Under the pieces are notes generated by a model, which did not search any database, was not told where the DNA came from, and worked only from the letters and a program-made list of their open reading frames with translations. Shown here piece by piece: positions 15,984-16,745 of a DNA stretch of 16,745 nucleotides. This DNA comes from an uncultured archaeon (lineage in GTDB: Archaea; Asgardarchaeota; Jordiarchaeia; Jordiarchaeales; Jordiarchaeaceae): positions 1 through 16,745 of the forward strand of contig CAZECW010000216.1 of the NCBI GenBank assembly GCA_964510585.1, read 5' to 3'. The position numbers and the translations under genes are program-made. Within the stretch, counting starts at the first letter, position 1, and each line of letters starts with the position of its first letter.

Positions 15984-16524
15984 GGACTTTGTGAAGAGGG
16001 CCTTTTCAGCGCTAAATGAAGCAAACTTGGAATATGTTATTATCGGAGGTCTTGTGGCAATAATTTATGGTAGGCTCAGATCAACCGCGGATTTGGACGT
16101 CGTGATTAAACTTCAACCCTCAGAAACTGAGTCCATTGCTAAGCTGGTTTCAGCATTCAGGAAGCACGGCTTAGATGTACTGGAAGGCGAAATCGTCGCC
16201 TCACTGAGGAAGAAGAGCCACTTCTCTGTTTTTGACATCAAATCTCCGCTTAGAGTAGATGCTAAGGGAATATACACCCGTTTTGACTCAAAAACCATGG
16301 AGAACCGTAGAAAGGAGAAGGTATTGGGCGTAGATGTTTGGGTGGCTTCACCAGAAGATACCATCATCTCCAAGCTTATTTATGGTTCCACCCAAGACAT
16401 CGAAGACGCGGCAGCCATAATGCTAAATCTCAGAGATAAAATCGACTATGAATACCTGAACAGGCAAGCAAAGATAGAAAACGTAGGAAAGCAACTAAAA
16501 AAACTACTCACCAAACTGCAGTAA
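15973..16524 (+). CDS. Pol-beta-superfamily nucleotidyltransferase, AbiEii/MenT-like putative toxin
   Basis: YVIIGGLVAIIYGRLRSTADLDVVI (GG...R.T.DxD) and VASPEDTIISKLIYGSTQDIED (conserved K and QD). ATG at 15973 is preferred over GTG at 15964. Confidence 0.85.
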   Translation: MSFEDFVKRAFSALNEANLEYVIIGGLVAIIYGRLRSTADLDVVIKLQPSETESIAKLVSAFRKHGLDVLEGEIVASLRKKSHFSVFDIKSPLRVDAKGIYTRFDSKTMENRRKEKVLGVDVWVASPEDTIISKLIYGSTQDIEDAAAIMLNLRDKIDYEYLNRQAKIENVGKQLKKLLTKLQ

Positions 16525-16586
16525 ACTGGAACCACTTCTCTAGTAAACGCTTACGCCTAATGAATTGGAAAACTTCAATTATAAAA

Positions 16587-16745
16587 TTGATGTTTTTTGG
16601 AAATATTTGACACTCTCCGCGACTAAAGTCGGGAGATTCTTGCTTCTGGCTCATCGCCTTCGAAGCAATGGGTGTGCCATCACCCAGTTAACACGCCCTT
16701 CCCTCAAAGGGAACGGCGTCTATGTTGGCACCCTCATGGGGGCTG
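16587..16745 (-). ncRNA. TnpB omegaRNA (reRNA) scaffold plus predicted flank-derived guide
   Basis: The minus strand carries stems ACGCC/GGCGT with TTCCC/GGGAA, TGGGTG/CACCCA, TTGCTTC/GAAGCAA and the terminal hairpin. A pseudoknot can form between TGGCAC (plus 16674-16679) and GTGTCA (plus 16608-16613). The predicted guide is the reverse complement of 16587-16606. Confidence 0.65.
16607..16745 (-). mobile_element. Right end of an IS200/IS605-family element (continues beyond the window)
   Basis: The minus strand reads ...GAAT-CTCC-CGAC-TTTA-GTCG-C-GGAG-AGTG-TCAA. This is a subterminal imperfect hairpin (plus 16615-16635) with GAAT at its 5' foot and a terminal TCAA, matching the G_R/C_R tetranucleotides of IS608-type right ends. 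Confidence 0.85.

Noticed and set aside
16587-16591. TTGAT (the ISDra2 TnpB target-adjacent motif) close to the IS end
   Set aside because: It is on the wrong side and strand. The target motif should abut the left end, which is outside the window. A 5-mer match is expected by chance in AT-rich DNA.
16689-16745. tnpB C-terminus inside the window
   Set aside because: The minus-strand frames are too short (QPHEGANIDAVPFEGRAC*, SPMRVPT*) to recognise the RuvC or zinc-finger end.
1-16745. CRISPR array, tRNA or rRNA
   Set aside because: No regularly spaced direct repeats, cloverleaf signatures or rRNA-like conserved segments were found by eye.

Overview
This is an archaeal chromosomal window of roughly 40% GC. 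It shows GGAGG/GGGGTGA ribosome-binding sites, frequent TTG/GTG starts and archaeal-type toxin-antitoxin (TA) families; the lineage cannot be determined from the sequence alone. Housekeeping and metabolic genes are: the C-terminus of a geranylgeranyl-reductase-family flavoprotein, a VIT1/CCC1 transporter, a Pat-like GNAT, a stand-alone LigD 3'-phosphoesterase overlapping endonuclease III, a BioD-like P-loop NTPase, an acyl-CoA synthetase, and a cytoplasmic two-subunit Mo/W-bisPGD oxidoreductase. Four TA pairs are interleaved with these genes: UPF0175 with a DUF3368 PIN protein, MntA with a doubly inactivated HepT pseudogene, VapBC, and a pair resembling mycobacterial MenA1-MenT1 (tRNA nucleotidyltransferase). 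The window ends in the right end and omegaRNA scaffold of an IS200/IS605 (TnpB-type) element. The most interesting leads are the MenAT-like pair, the phosphoesterase-nth coupling, a 188-bp nested inverted-repeat element, and an anchorless molybdoenzyme with a candidate Asp ligand. No CRISPR array, tRNA or rRNA was seen. All family assignments come from motif recognition by eye, not from database searches.
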